Positions 1-21,325 are shown, numbered from the stretch's first letter. The stretch is DNA of 64,000 nt from Anolis carolinensis (GCF_035594765.1 NW_026943821.1:20367608-20431607); one strand, 5' to 3'. Notes: generated by a model from the letters alone, not told the origin. Numbers and translations: made by a program.

Positions 1-1
1 C

Positions 2-913
2 TAAAGACACCCGCAGGAATCGGTTGAGCTCTTGGAGCCCTCGGATTGATCTGTGTAACCGATCCCTTTGCTCTTCCTGGGGGTCTTTGCCATTGATTTC
101 TGCTGGAGAAGAGACTTCTTGGGAGGAAAGGCCCGGTGTTGGCTGGATGCTGGCGGCGTTTCGGACACAGCAGAGGAACTTCTGGGTTGCAATGGCCACC
201 GGATCCTGTTTGCAGAGAGGGCTGGAGGCTGTATCTTGGAGGCCCTCTTCTTCCGCAAGGGCTTCCTGCAATTCCTTGACCTTCCTCCTTAACCGGTCCC
301 TCTCTTCCTCGTAAACCAAGAGTGTCCCTTTGCAGTGTTGCAGCTCCTCATTCCGGATGCCCAGCTGCTTCTCGAGGGCCGCCTTCCTCTCCCGGCAAAG
401 GGCCACTTCTTGTCTGTAGACGATGCTCTCTGTCGACAGGAAGTCCAGATTCGGCGCAAAAGATTGCTGACTTTGGCAACCCTTTCGGGACCCCACTGGA
501 CTTTCACCAAAGTTCTCAGCCACATTGGGACTTTGCTCTGTTCCGGATCCAGCGCTGGGCCGACGGTTGCGGTGAGAGGAGACCGCGTTCTCGAGGGAGG
601 AGACTGCTTGGAGGGCAGCGAGGAAGAGGTCTGGATGCCTTTTCTCCGGAGGAGGCATCGTCGCTTCCAGGCTCAGAAACGGCACACTGCATCGTGGGAG
701 GCTTGCTGTATATTCAGAGCAGAGATCAGAAAACTCTTCCTCCTCCTGCTCCCTGTCTTTCTCCCGCTCGAGGCGTTGGAGGTGTTGGTGAAGGCGGGAG
801 ACCGTCACCAGCAGTGCTGTGATGCGCTCCTCGCAGCGAAGGGCTTCTCGCTCATCTGGTGGCAAAGCCTTTTCGGGGGATCCTTCTTCATCTCTGGATC
901 CTTCCTGCTCCAT
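2..913 (-). CDS. MCC (mutated in colorectal cancers)/USHBP1-family coiled-coil protein; single long exon, runs off the window start
   Basis: Hand translation from ATG at 913 (acceptor ttttcAG at 920-919) gives 304 codons with no stop: MEQEGSRDEE...LRCEERITALLVTVSRLHQHLQRLEREKDREQEEEEFSDLCSE...HPDLFLAALQAVSSLENAV...RNEELQHCKGTLLVYEEERDRLRRKVKELQEAL...RDRLHRSIRGLQELNRFLRVSL. These blocks are collinear with MCC motifs as I recall them (RYEERITELHSVIAEL, EEDEYSELRSE, EERDRLRRRVRELQ, ERLNSRIEHLKSQNDLLTITL). Confidence 0.8.
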   Translation of the reverse strand, partial: MEQEGSRDEEGSPEKALPPDEREALRCEERITALLVTVSRLHQHLQRLEREKDREQEEEEFSDLCSEYTASLPRCSVPFLSLEATMPPPEKRHPDLFLAALQAVSSLENAVSSHRNRRPSAGSGTEQSPNVAENFGESPVGSRKGCQSQQSFAPNLDFLSTESIVYRQEVALCRERKAALEKQLGIRNEELQHCKGTLLVYEEERDRLRRKVKELQEALAEEEGLQDTASSPLCKQDPVAIATQKFLCCVRNAASIQPTPGLSSQEVSSPAEINGKDPQEEQRDRLHRSIRGLQELNRFLRVSL

Positions 914-1076
914 TCTGTCTGAAAAGTGGCTCCAAAGGCGGACAGCAGCATCAAAACAAGCCAAAGCCCAGCCCTTTGGTTCCTGTTTCTTCCCATAATA
1001 ACAATAATAATGAGAAGCCTTTCCTGTCTTTCCAGAGAGGAAGGAAGCCGGCTCCATCCGCACCAATGCTTTAACC

Positions 1077-1240
1077 CAGGGGTCTCCAAACTTTTTAAAC
1101 GGGGCCAGTTCACAGTCCGTCAGTCCGTTGGAGGGCTGGACTATAGTTGGAAAAACCCTATAAAGAAATTCCTATGCACACTACATATCACTTATTTTGA
1201 AGTAAAAAACAAAAACAAATGGGAACAAATACAGCCTCAA
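1077..1240. mobile_element. hAT-type MITE, 5' part (CAGGGGT terminus)
   Basis: Starts cagggg-tctccaaactttttaaac, the same terminus as the complete copy at 44150-44577. Confidence 0.55.
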
Positions 1241-1524
1241 TGTTAATAATAATCATAATCATAATAAAAATAATAAAGAGGGTGGGAAGAGATCCCTTGG
1301 GCCATTTAGTCCAATCCCCTTCTACTTTTGTGCACCAAAAGCACAAGCAAAGCACCCCTGACAGATGCCACCAAGCCTCAATGTTGTTGGTAATAATCAT
1401 CATCATTATCATCACATAGTCCTAAACGCTTGGGAAGTGTTCAACTTGTGATTTTGTGATACGAAATCCAGCATATATTTCTCGTTTGCTGTGTTATACT
1501 GTGTCTTTGTGTCAATAATAATAA

Positions 1525-2057
1525 TCTATATATATAAAAGAGTGATGGCATCATGGCGACCCACAAAACAACAAAACTACAGGCCCCCCAACCTCGAAAT
1601 TTGACAACACAACCCATCATCCATGCCTCTAGGTTGATACAACAAAAAGAAAAGAAAAATAAAGTCCTAATTAGTGAGAGAGGAATAATTGCTTTTATCC
1701 AATTGCTGCCAGTTTAGAGGGCTAATCTCTGTCCACTTGGTCTCCTAGCAACCAACTCAGCCAAGGGACAGCCAGGGTTCAGTTAGGGGACAGGCAGACT
1801 TAGGCTCCTCCAACTTGGTCTCCTAGCAACCCAATAAAAAATAATAAAGAACACTAAAAAAATTAATACAATAAAATACTATAATAACAGAAAATAACTA
1901 AAAATAATACAAGAAAATAATAAAATATGATAAATAAAATATAACTTACAATAAAATTAATAAAAAATGCAAATAAAGTCAAATAAAAATTACACAACAA
2001 TTTTTAACCAATACCACCACCACTTTGCCACAGCAACGCGTGGCCGGGCATAGCTAG
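1525..2057 (+). mobile_element. Non-autonomous Helitron
   Basis: 5' TC(tatatatataaaagagtgatggc), 3' hairpin gccacagcaacgcgtggc then CTAG; inserted between A and T with no TSD. Same ends as the copies at 23003-25630. Confidence 0.8.
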
Positions 2058-2114
2058 TAATAATAATAATAAGGGTTGGAAGAGACCCCTTGGGCCATTT
2101 AGTCCAACCCCCTT

Positions 2115-2770
2115 CTGGGAGTGTGTCCCTGTTGGTTCTCTTGGACATCTCAGCAGCCTTCGATACTCTATACCCTGCTGAAGTTTGGAGTACGATGGAC
2201 CATGGACAATGGGAATTGCAATACCTTCACTCACTTCCTGAGAACATTGCAATCCCCACCAATGCCTGAACAATACCAAACTTAGCACATAGAGGCCCCA
2301 TGTCCTATTCTACACCTGGGTGCTGTTTGGAGGGGGATGGACCATGGACGATGGGACTTGCAATACCTTCACTGGCTTCCTGAGAGCACTGCAACTCTCA
2401 TCAATGACTGATCAGTACCAAACTTGGTACACAGAGGCCCCATTACCCACTCTACATCCTGGTGTGGTTTGGAAGAGTTTGGACCATGGATGATGGGACT
2501 TGCAGTAGCTTCACTCACTTCCTGAGACCACTGCAACCCCCATCAATGTTTGATCAAGACCAAACTTGACACACGCACTCCCCATGACCTACTATACATC
2601 CTGGCGCTGTTTGGAGTGGGATGGACCATGGATGATGGGACTTGCATATGGGAATTGTACTTCACCTGCACCCATTGAACCCCGCTGACCCTGGACCTAG
2701 ACTAAACTTGGAACACAGGCAAACAATGCCTTTCTCAAATGACCCAGGCACCGCCAGGTCCCCAAGCTAG
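2115..2770 (+). repeat. 142-bp tandem repeat (about 3.5 copies) ending in a hairpin+CTAG; probable second Helitron family
   Basis: ggaccatgga recurs at 2197, 2339, 2481 and 2623; the tract ends gacccaggcaccgccaggtc-cccaagCTAG at 2770. Confidence 0.55.
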
Positions 2771-2889
2771 CTGTTAGGAATGGTGGGAGTTGAAGTTCAA
2801 AACACCTGGAGAGAAGGCCCAAGTTAGCCCATGCCTGTTCTTGAAGGTTAAAAAAAGCTCCACTGGCCCTTTAATTCCAGTGTCCAAGT

Positions 2890-3245
2890 GGTTGCCGGGA
2901 AATGTAGTCCTCCGCCCCTCCTTGTTTGTTCTCCCGCCTCGCTCGCCGCTTTTCCCGCCCCGCCTCTGGCCTTTCCCAGCATGCCTTTCTCCGGCCTTCC
3001 CTCTGACTGGCTGGCGATGAGGGCGGCGCATGCGCAGTACCCAAAACCCGGGCCGGAGCCGCTTCCTCTTAACGCCGCCGCGAAGAGCAGAGCCGGGCGG
3101 CGGAAGAAGCGAAGGCAGCCGAAGCGAAGGGCCGCCAAGGGTTGCCTGCTCGTTCGGTGAGTGCCACGGCTCGCGCGCGTGACGTCAGAGCGGCCGGGGT
3201 GACGTCACTATTTACGTCGGTGACGCGAATAGAAAGCGCGGAAAT
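2890..3245. promoter_or_regulatory. CpG-island promoter of TXLNA, probably bidirectional; includes TXLNA non-coding exon 1 (donor GTGAGT at 3157)
   Basis: CpG-rich. ZNF143/SBS-type motif (reverse of gggaaatgtagtcc, about 2897-2910), GC boxes, NRF1 gcgcatgcgc (about 3026), ETS cggaag, CRE tgacgtca at about 3180 and 3200. Confidence 0.75.
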
Positions 3246-3402
3246 AGTCACTTTTGGGAACTGGTATTTTTAAAAATATATTTTTATTATTTATACTATT
3301 TTTTTAAAAAAATTATCATTCATATTATTCTTTAAAATATTATTATGATTGGGTTGCTATGAGTTTTCCGGGCTGTATGGCCATGTTCCAGAAGCACTCT
3401 CT

Positions 3403-3443
3403 CCTGACGTTTCGCCTGCATCAGTGGCAGGCATCCTCAGAGG
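3403..3443 (-). ncRNA. Minimal type I hammerhead ribozyme (Penelope-associated), copy 1
   Basis: Minus strand reads cct-CUGAGGA-u-gccugc(cacugau)gcaggc-GAAAC-GUC^-agg: intact core, 6-bp stem II, palindromic ACGU stem III. Confidence 0.75.
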
Positions 3444-3609
3444 TTGTGAGGTCTGCTGGGAACTAGGCAAGTGGAGTCGATATATCTGTGGAATGACCAT
3501 GGTGGGAGAAAGAACTCCTGTTCTGTTTGAGGCAAGTGTGAATGTTGCAATCGGCCAGCTTGATTAGCATTGAATTGCCATGTATGGACATGTTCCAGAA
3601 GCATTTTCT

Positions 3610-3650
3610 CCTGACGTTTCGCCTGCATCAGTGGCAGGCATCATCAGAGG
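3610..3650 (-). ncRNA. Minimal type I hammerhead ribozyme, copy 2
   Basis: Minus strand reads cct-CUGAUGA-u-gccugc(cacugau)gcaggc-GAAAC-GUC^-agg. Confidence 0.75.
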
Positions 3651-3699
3651 TTGTGAGGTCTGCTGGGAACTATATATATACAATATAATTTATATTGTG

Positions 3700-3734
<35 letters not shown>

Positions 3735-6700
3735 ATGTATATACACAATATAATTTACAATAATACATAATAATTATAACATATTGTATATACATATAAT
3801 ATTCATATTATATTGTAATACGATATAATACTAATAATACAATATAATAATATTAATTATATATTATATTTTACATGTAATATTACTAATAATATTACAA
3901 TATATTGATACAGTACAATATAGTAATTTATTACCAGTATCGTACTATGCTAGTATAATATTGTATGTAAATTTAATTTGTAAGCTGCTCTGAGTCCCCT
4001 TCGGGGTGAGAAGGGCGGCATATAAATGTAGCTAATAAATAATAAATAAATAATAAACTAGGCAAGTGGGGTCAATATATCTGTGGAATAATGTCCAGGG
4101 TGGGAAAAAGAACTCCTGTTCTGTTTGAGGCAAGTGTGAATGTTGCAATTGGCCAGCTTGATTAGCATTGAATGGCCATGTAGTTTCAAAGCCTGGCTGC
4201 TTCCTGCCTGGGGGGAACAGCACCCAGAAAGCCGGGCAATTCCAGACAGGAAACAAATCAGGGTTAGCTAACACCTTCCAACCAGGGATTCCCCCAGGCA
4301 GGGAGCAGCCAGGCTTTGATGCTGCAATAATAAATAATAAACTTTATTTTTATATCCCGCCCCATCTCCCCAAAGGGACTTGGGGCGGCTCACAACAGGG
4401 ACAAGCCCGAACAACGACACAACATATTTGACAAAACTTAAAATATTTCAACGATACACAAAATAATATAATGGACATTACATTAAAATCCAAGCAGATA
4501 AAATCAGAGTAATTAAAAGCGAACCAACGGGGACAGGTTTCATAAAGTGCTATATCCTGGAAATGAGTAACAGTGATAAAGTGCCGTACGGTTTTATAAA
4601 CATAAAAAAGTATTCTGATGACAACTCTACTGGGCCTATTCATTCAAAAGCGTTCCAGAACAAGGCTATCCACTGCAAGGCTATTCAGTGCTAATCAAGG
4701 TGATTAATTGCAACATTCACACTTGCCTTCAACAGACAAGAGTTCTTTCTCCCACCGTGGACATTCCACAGATATATAAACCCCACTTATCTAGTTCCCA
4801 ACAGACCTCACACCTCTGAGGATGCCTGCCCTAGATGTGGGCAAAATGTCAGGAGAGAATGCTTCTGGAACATGTCCATACAGCCCGGAAAACTCACAGC
4901 AACCCAAAGTATTAATACTGCATTCCTTCTTGCTATAAATGTGTTTTGCACAATACTTTGGGATGTGATTTATAACTGATTGAAACATTATCGACAGCAT
5001 GTATTCTATATATTTACACAACATAAATGTTCTGTTATTAAAATACGCTGTTTAAAATGAATAGAAAGTGAATATGAAAGATAAATGAATTTAGCGTTTA
5101 GACTTGGGTCCAATCACATAATGAATATTCAAATATTTCCTCCCCAAAAATCGGGAAAAAATCCAAATACAGAATATGTCTGGTCCCAAGCATTTCGGAT
5201 AATAATAAATACTCAAACTGTAGCAGTGGAAGGAATAATAATCCTTTCCTTATTCTCCTTTTGTTGGCAGGTGAAGACTCTTTTTATAAATTCAGACCAT
5301 CGTTTCGAACTGAAGACTGTAAGTCTGCCGTTGGGTCAGAAATAAAGTCTGGTTTCACTCTTAAACGGTATATTTTTAATATATATTTAATGCATAAGCC
5401 TCCTTGAGTCTCAGAATAATAATCCTGCAGCACTGTGTGTTGCGGTCCTTCATTACGCATTGTGATGATGCCTTGCAGTTTCGCCTTGTGCAATGGCACC
5501 TAGTTAGTGGCAAGTCTTGCATAATGGTGCCATTTGTGTGGGAATGGTGTACTTAATGCTGGTGTGTGTGTTTATATATATATAAATATGCTACACTCAG
5601 AGGATGATAAATTGCAGCCAATATCTATCAGCAGGGATTATATTTCACTATGTATTGGCTTCTGGGACTAGTCCAACAGACCACAGCTGGCTACAAGAAC
5701 CAAACTTGCAACCAAACTGAGAAGAAGCCAACAACAACAACAATTCCTACCTGCCTCTCCTTACGGCTCGAGGTGGAGCACCAAGCATAGTTAAAATACA
5801 TCATAAAAACATTCACTAAAATGCTTAAACATATTTCTGTAAAATACACATATTATTAAAATGCACTAAACTAATTAAAATTCATAGTAATAATAATAAG
5901 TTGTATTAAAGTTGCCCCAGGTGCAATTCTTAAGGTAGTTTTCAAATAAGGTTCGTTCATCAGAGTCTGGAAATAACCTCAAATATAAAAGTTAAAAACA
6001 ATGTCAAATATTTATAAACCAGCAGAGAGAGAGGTCTGAAGGCTAGTCTTTATGTTTGTTATTTAGTTTTGTTTTAATACATATGTTAAGTGTGTATGTT
6101 GGTGTGTGTTTATTTTTTGTGTTTATGCTTTTGTTTTTCTAGATTCATTGGAATTTTTTTTGCAAAAATGTATAATTTCATAATGTATTTATTCACTTTA
6201 TTACAGTTGTGTTGTGGTTTTCTATCAATAAAAAGTAATAGCAAAATATTATATTGAACTAATAAAAATACTAATAAAATACTGTGGAATGGATGCAATT
6301 TGACACTGTTTGATGTGCCATGGCTTAGTATTATCGGTTCCTGGAGGTGGCACTTTGACAAGATATTATTATTATCGTTGTGATGATGATGTGGCACTTT
6401 GACAAGATATTAATATTATTGTGATGATGATGATGATGATTATGATTATTATTTATTATTGACCTCTACTTGTGACTTCATATATGTTCCTTTTTCATCA
6501 TCATAAAAATGAATTTTTTACTTTACTCTCCTCGTGGCTTCATATAGACTCTCTTCTTCTCGATAATGATGACGATAAATTTATTATTGGCCTCTCCTTG
6601 TGGCTTCACGTATGCTCCCTTCTTATCTATAATTTTTATTCGTGTTCATAATATTATATTTCTTACCTATCTCTCCTCATAGTTTTAACACAATGTAGTT

Positions 6701-7029
6701 AAAAACCTCATCCTATAACATTATATGAAAAGGTATTTCTATGAAGTACATCTATTCAAACACAGGGAACAAAGATTAAAATACATAAACACAGCACATG
6801 AATTTAAAATTCATGGTTAAGAATGGACTGTATTTAGTCTTCTCTGGTCCTCGAATTCCATAGCTGTCAGTTTTTCTGGAAGTTCAAGTGTGTCAAAACT
6901 ACATCATTTCTCCAGTGTCAATGTATCCTGAGTGATGCCCACTGCTCTCTTTCCTTAAAGCCAAGACAGGCTGACTTGTGATTTTCTTTTCCTAGGAACA
7001 GCTGAAAGTGGCTTTGCAGGCCAAGCGCC

Positions 7030-17110
<10,081 letters not shown>

Positions 17111-19202
17111 AGAAAAGGGTGGCGAGCGGGCCTCTGCAGAGACTGATCCGTTCCGGGCCTCAAGGGAGGCGAGGAAGGGAGTCCGCCGGTCAGGTTTCCC
17201 AGTTCAATACCGAAGGCACTCTCTCTTCTCTCCCTTTTACCCCACTCTTCTTCTTCTTCTTCTTCTTCTTTTTTTGTTTGGCTTCTTTTTGCAAAACTAT
17301 CTCAACCTATACTCTGCGACATGGTCCACTTTTTGATTCCAAATGCAAACAGACCCAAGAAACTGGGGGATTATAAGAATCCACAATTCCCAGTTTCGCT
17401 CCAAATATTCCACATTGTGTCCTCCAATTACAAACAAAAAAAAGTGGATTTTGCAGGGAACTCGGAGCAAATGTTGTAGCTTTCTTTGTTGTCCCCCGTA
17501 AAAAGAGAGCTACAACGTACAATCTCCGGAGTTGTAGGGTTTTTGTTGTTTCCCCCCCCCCCCCTCCACATAAAAAAAGCAGGGTTTGTCTTCTGGAGAA
17601 TAAGACAGATATGAGAAAGAAGAGACGGTAAGGTTGAAGTGTGCTGTCTTTTTTGGGGCCACGTCCCCCTCTTCCAGGACTTTGTTTGCGACTTCCGGGA
17701 TCTTTCTCGAAACATAGCCTTACGACTTTTCACCCGTTGCCTCGATGCTTTATATGCAGACACACGCACAATGATGTGTATGTATTAAAAGGAACTTGAT
17801 CCAAAGGTTTTTTTCCCCCTTCCTTTTTTGCACATACCAAGGGGGATGTATTAGCCTCCCCTCTTTGGGAGCTCGGTCCTAAATCTCTCCTAGGTTCGGA
17901 GAGATGAAATCTTAAGCTCTCAAAGCCCAAGGAAAAGGAGGGCTTTATGGGAAGGATATGGGTTCTGTTTCCTTAGCCGTTAAGTGGCTTGTTGGAGTCC
18001 AAAAATCCTCATTCGTGCATCGTTACATGATGGAATTAATGCGGTTTGATGCTACCTGTAATTGCCTTATCTCAATGCTATGGAATCCTAGGAGTTTGAC
18101 ACAGAAAAGGCTCCCAGGATCCCACAGCGTTGGCGATGAATGCAGTTTGAAACTTTAGGAACGAAAGCAGCATCGAAACTGCATTGATGCTACTTTTTAG
18201 TTTGGGACTTTTCTCAATCCTGGTTGAGGATTGCAATTCAGTCTTGCAACCGATTGCAAGCCTCACAGCTGTTTGTTTTTCCTTTCCAAAGCTACCTTTT
18301 TGGGGTCGTTTTTAAAGCCTCGAACCCTTTGCCTGGCTGGTTTTATCCTTCTTCCGCTTTGCTTTCCAGCCCAGTGAGTAAGGAAGGTTTTGGGAGCTTC
18401 CTACGGCATTAAAGGGACGCATGGAGTGAGAATTCAATAAATAATGTTGGTCTGCAACTCCCAGCATCCCTCAGCCTCGCCTGGGCTGATGAGTGGCACA
18501 GTTCGGCAGCATTTGGGAGGTTTTAGGATCCCAATCCCACCGCCTTTAAAAGAAGGCTTTGGGATTTAGGCCACAGCTTTCAATGCCGAGTCTCAAGCGG
18601 TGGGCCCTCAGATTATTACTTTTGGAGCCCGCTTCCTTCCCGCTTTAAAGGGCCCCCTTCCAGTTCCTGGCAAGACGGTCCCATGGCAAGTGAATGTATT
18701 TTCTCCGCCTTGTGGCCAGGCCTTTTTTGCTTCCTTCCTTCCTTCCTTCCTTCTTGGCTTTTCTTCAGACGCTGTGGTATCAATAGCCTATAATCATCAG
18801 ATCCGTTGTATGTACCTTTGTATCCGATAGAAATGAACATAAAACTTGATGACGGGAAATGTGTCGGCTCTGTTCTTTTGAGGGCTGGGATTGGGTCCCC
18901 CTCCCCGAGGCTGAGAGAATGTGACTTGCCCTAAAGAGCCCAGTGGGGATTTGAACACAATCGCTATGGAGAACCCATAGCTTCCTTAGGTGAGGCATTC
19001 TCAGAAATGGTTAATAATAATAATAATAATATATTTATTCTTATATCCCGCCCCATCTCCCTAAGGGGACTCGGTTCTCCTGAATTTTCCTTGGGGGTCT
19101 CCCATCCAAGTCCTAACCTCGGCCAACCCTTGTTCAGCTTCCAAAAAAAATTATTAGGGATGACACACACACACATATACACACATTATTACTATTATTA
19201 TT

Positions 19203-19469
19203 GGAGCCTCCGGTGGCCTAGGGGATAAAAGCCTCGTGACTTGAAGGTTGGGTTGCTGACCTGAAAACTGCCAGGTTCGAATCCCACCCAGGGAGAGTGC
19301 GGATAAGCTCCCTCTTTCAGCTCCAGCTCCATTGCAGGGACATGAGAGAAGCCTCCCATAAGGATGGTAAAACATCAAAACATCCGGGCATCCCCTGGGC
19401 AACATCGTTGCAGATGGCCAATTCTCTCACTCCAGAAGCAACTCCGGTGGCTCCTGATACGAAAAAAAA
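19203..19469 (+). mobile_element. tRNA-derived SINE with A-rich tail; second copy about 35915-36162
   Basis: Box A/B-like ggtggcctagggg...ggttcgaatccc; ends gctcctgatacgaaaaaaaa. Confidence 0.75.
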
Positions 19470-20270
19470 CTATTATTATTCACTCGGGGAGGGAGAAGGA
19501 GGAGAAGCAGCAGTCAGGAGGCTTGTCGCACCTTTAGTGGGTAGTCAACCTCTCCCCTCTTGACATCCAAGTCCTAACCTGGTAGCTTCCAAGATTATTA
19601 GGGATGACACATACACACATATACACACATTATTACTATTATTATTATTCACTCAGGGAGGGAGAAGGAGGAGAAGCAGCAGTCAGGAGGCTTGTTGTCA
19701 CACCTTTAGTGAGTAGTCAGCCTCTCCCCTCCTGACATCCAAGTCCCAACCTAGGCTAACACTTGTTTAGCTTACAAGATTATTAGGGATGACACACACA
19801 CATATACACACATTATTACTATTACTATTATTCACTCGGGGAGGGAGAAGGAGGAGAAGCAGCAGTCAGGAGGCTTGTTGTCGCACCTTTAGTGGGTAGT
19901 CAACCTCTCCCCTCTTGACATCCAAGTCCTAACCTGGTAGCTTCCAAGATTATTAGGGATGACACATACACACACATTATTACTATTATTATTATTCACT
20001 CGGGGAGGGAGAAGGAGGAGAAGCAGCAGTCAGGAGGTTTGTTGTCACACCTTTAGTGAGTAGTCAGCCTCTCCCCTCCTGACATCCAAGTCCTAACCTG
20101 AGCTAACACTTGTTTAGCTTCCAAGATTATTAGGGATGACACATACACACATATACACACATTATTACTATTATTATTATTCACTTGGGGAGGGAGAAGG
20201 AGGAGAAGCAGCAGTCAGGAGGCTTGTTGTCGCACCTTTAGTGGGTAGTCAGCCTCTCCGCTCCTGACAT
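19470..20270. repeat. About 170-185-bp chimeric tandem repeat, 5 copies in alternating A/B variants
   Basis: gggagaaggaggagaagcagcagtcaggagg recurs five times, separated by (CA)n/(TTA)n. Confidence 0.85.
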
Positions 20271-20569
20271 CCCCGTTGCCTTGACACTATAAGAGGATTT
20301 CGTGAGACCAGTCGCTCTGTAGTAACAGTGAGGCCGCGGCCCATATTTTAGTTCTTAGGGACCACTGGTGGTCCATGGACCACAGGTTGGGAACCACTGT
20401 ACTAAATGTCCTTTGACCAGTAGCTGGCCACTATTGCTACTGTAACAGCTACCGCTTTTAGGAATTGTATCAAAAGGGTTACGAATCAGTTTTTGGTCAA
20501 CTTTAGATTCGGTTTGGTTATTTGGAGCCTCCACCAGCCTCGTCCAACTAGAGGCTCCTGTTGAACTTC

Positions 20570-21325
20570 ATTTTGATGGGACGAAACTAACAGAATGAAC
20601 TTCAACAGGGACAGATGCAAGATACTCCACTTAGGCAGAAAAAAATTAAATGAAAAGATACAGAATGGGGGGCACCACGTGTTAAAAAGATCTTGGAGTC
20701 CTCGTGGAGAACAAGTTAAACATGAGCCAACAATATGATGCAGGGGCAAAAAAAGCCAATGGGATTGTGGCCTGCGTAAATAAGAGTCTAGTGTCTTGAT
20801 CCAGGGAAGACATGCTATTCCTCTATTCTGCCTTGGTCAGACCACACCTGGAATCACACTGGGTCCAATTCTGGGCACCACAATTGAAGGGAGATGTTGG
20901 CAAGCTGGGATGTGTCCGGAAGAGGGTGAATAAAATGATCAAGGGTCAAGAACAAGCCTTATGAGGAGCGGCTTAAAGAGCTGGGCATGTTTAGCTGGAG
21001 AAGAGAAGGCTGAGAGGAGGCATGATGAGGACCATGGATCAAGATGTGAAGGGAAGTCATAGGAGGGAACAAGCTTGTTTTCTGCTGCCCTGGAGACTAC
21101 GACGCAGAACGTCTTCATTCTACAGAAAAGGAGATTCCACCTGAACATTAGGAAGAACTTCCTCGCTGTGAGAGTTGTTCAGCAGTGGAACTCTCTGCCC
21201 TGGATGTGGTTGCAGCTCCTTCTTTGGATGGCCATCTGTTGGAGGTCCTTTGAATGTGCTTTTCCTGCTTCTTGGCCGAATGGGGTTGGACTCACGAAAT
21301 CTCTTCCAAATGATGATTCTATAAT
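20570..21325 (+). mobile_element. Older, degenerate CR1 LINE 3' fragment
   Basis: Frameshifted homology to the 7447 copy (RMNFNRDRCKILHLG...[12 protein letters not shown]). Confidence 0.85.

Larger units (their letters stand above)
3349..4905. mobile_element. Penelope-like element ends arranged as tandem plus inverted repeats, interrupted by L2/SINE tails
   Basis: gggttgct...ccagaagca...cctgacgtttcgcctgc repeated at about 3350 and 3590, with an inverted copy ending agcaaccc at 4905; carries hammerhead cores. Confidence 0.7.

Noticed and set aside
2-913. KPNA6, expected here from human synteny
   Set aside because: No importin-alpha/ARM sequence; orientation and motifs fit the MCC family.
24-922. 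Plus-strand ORFs of 166-195 aa
   Set aside because: Antisense shadows of the GC-rich MCC-like exon; no recognisable protein.
4813-4853. Active sense-strand hammerhead in TXLNA pre-mRNA
   Set aside because: The catalytic GAAA is mutated to AAAA.
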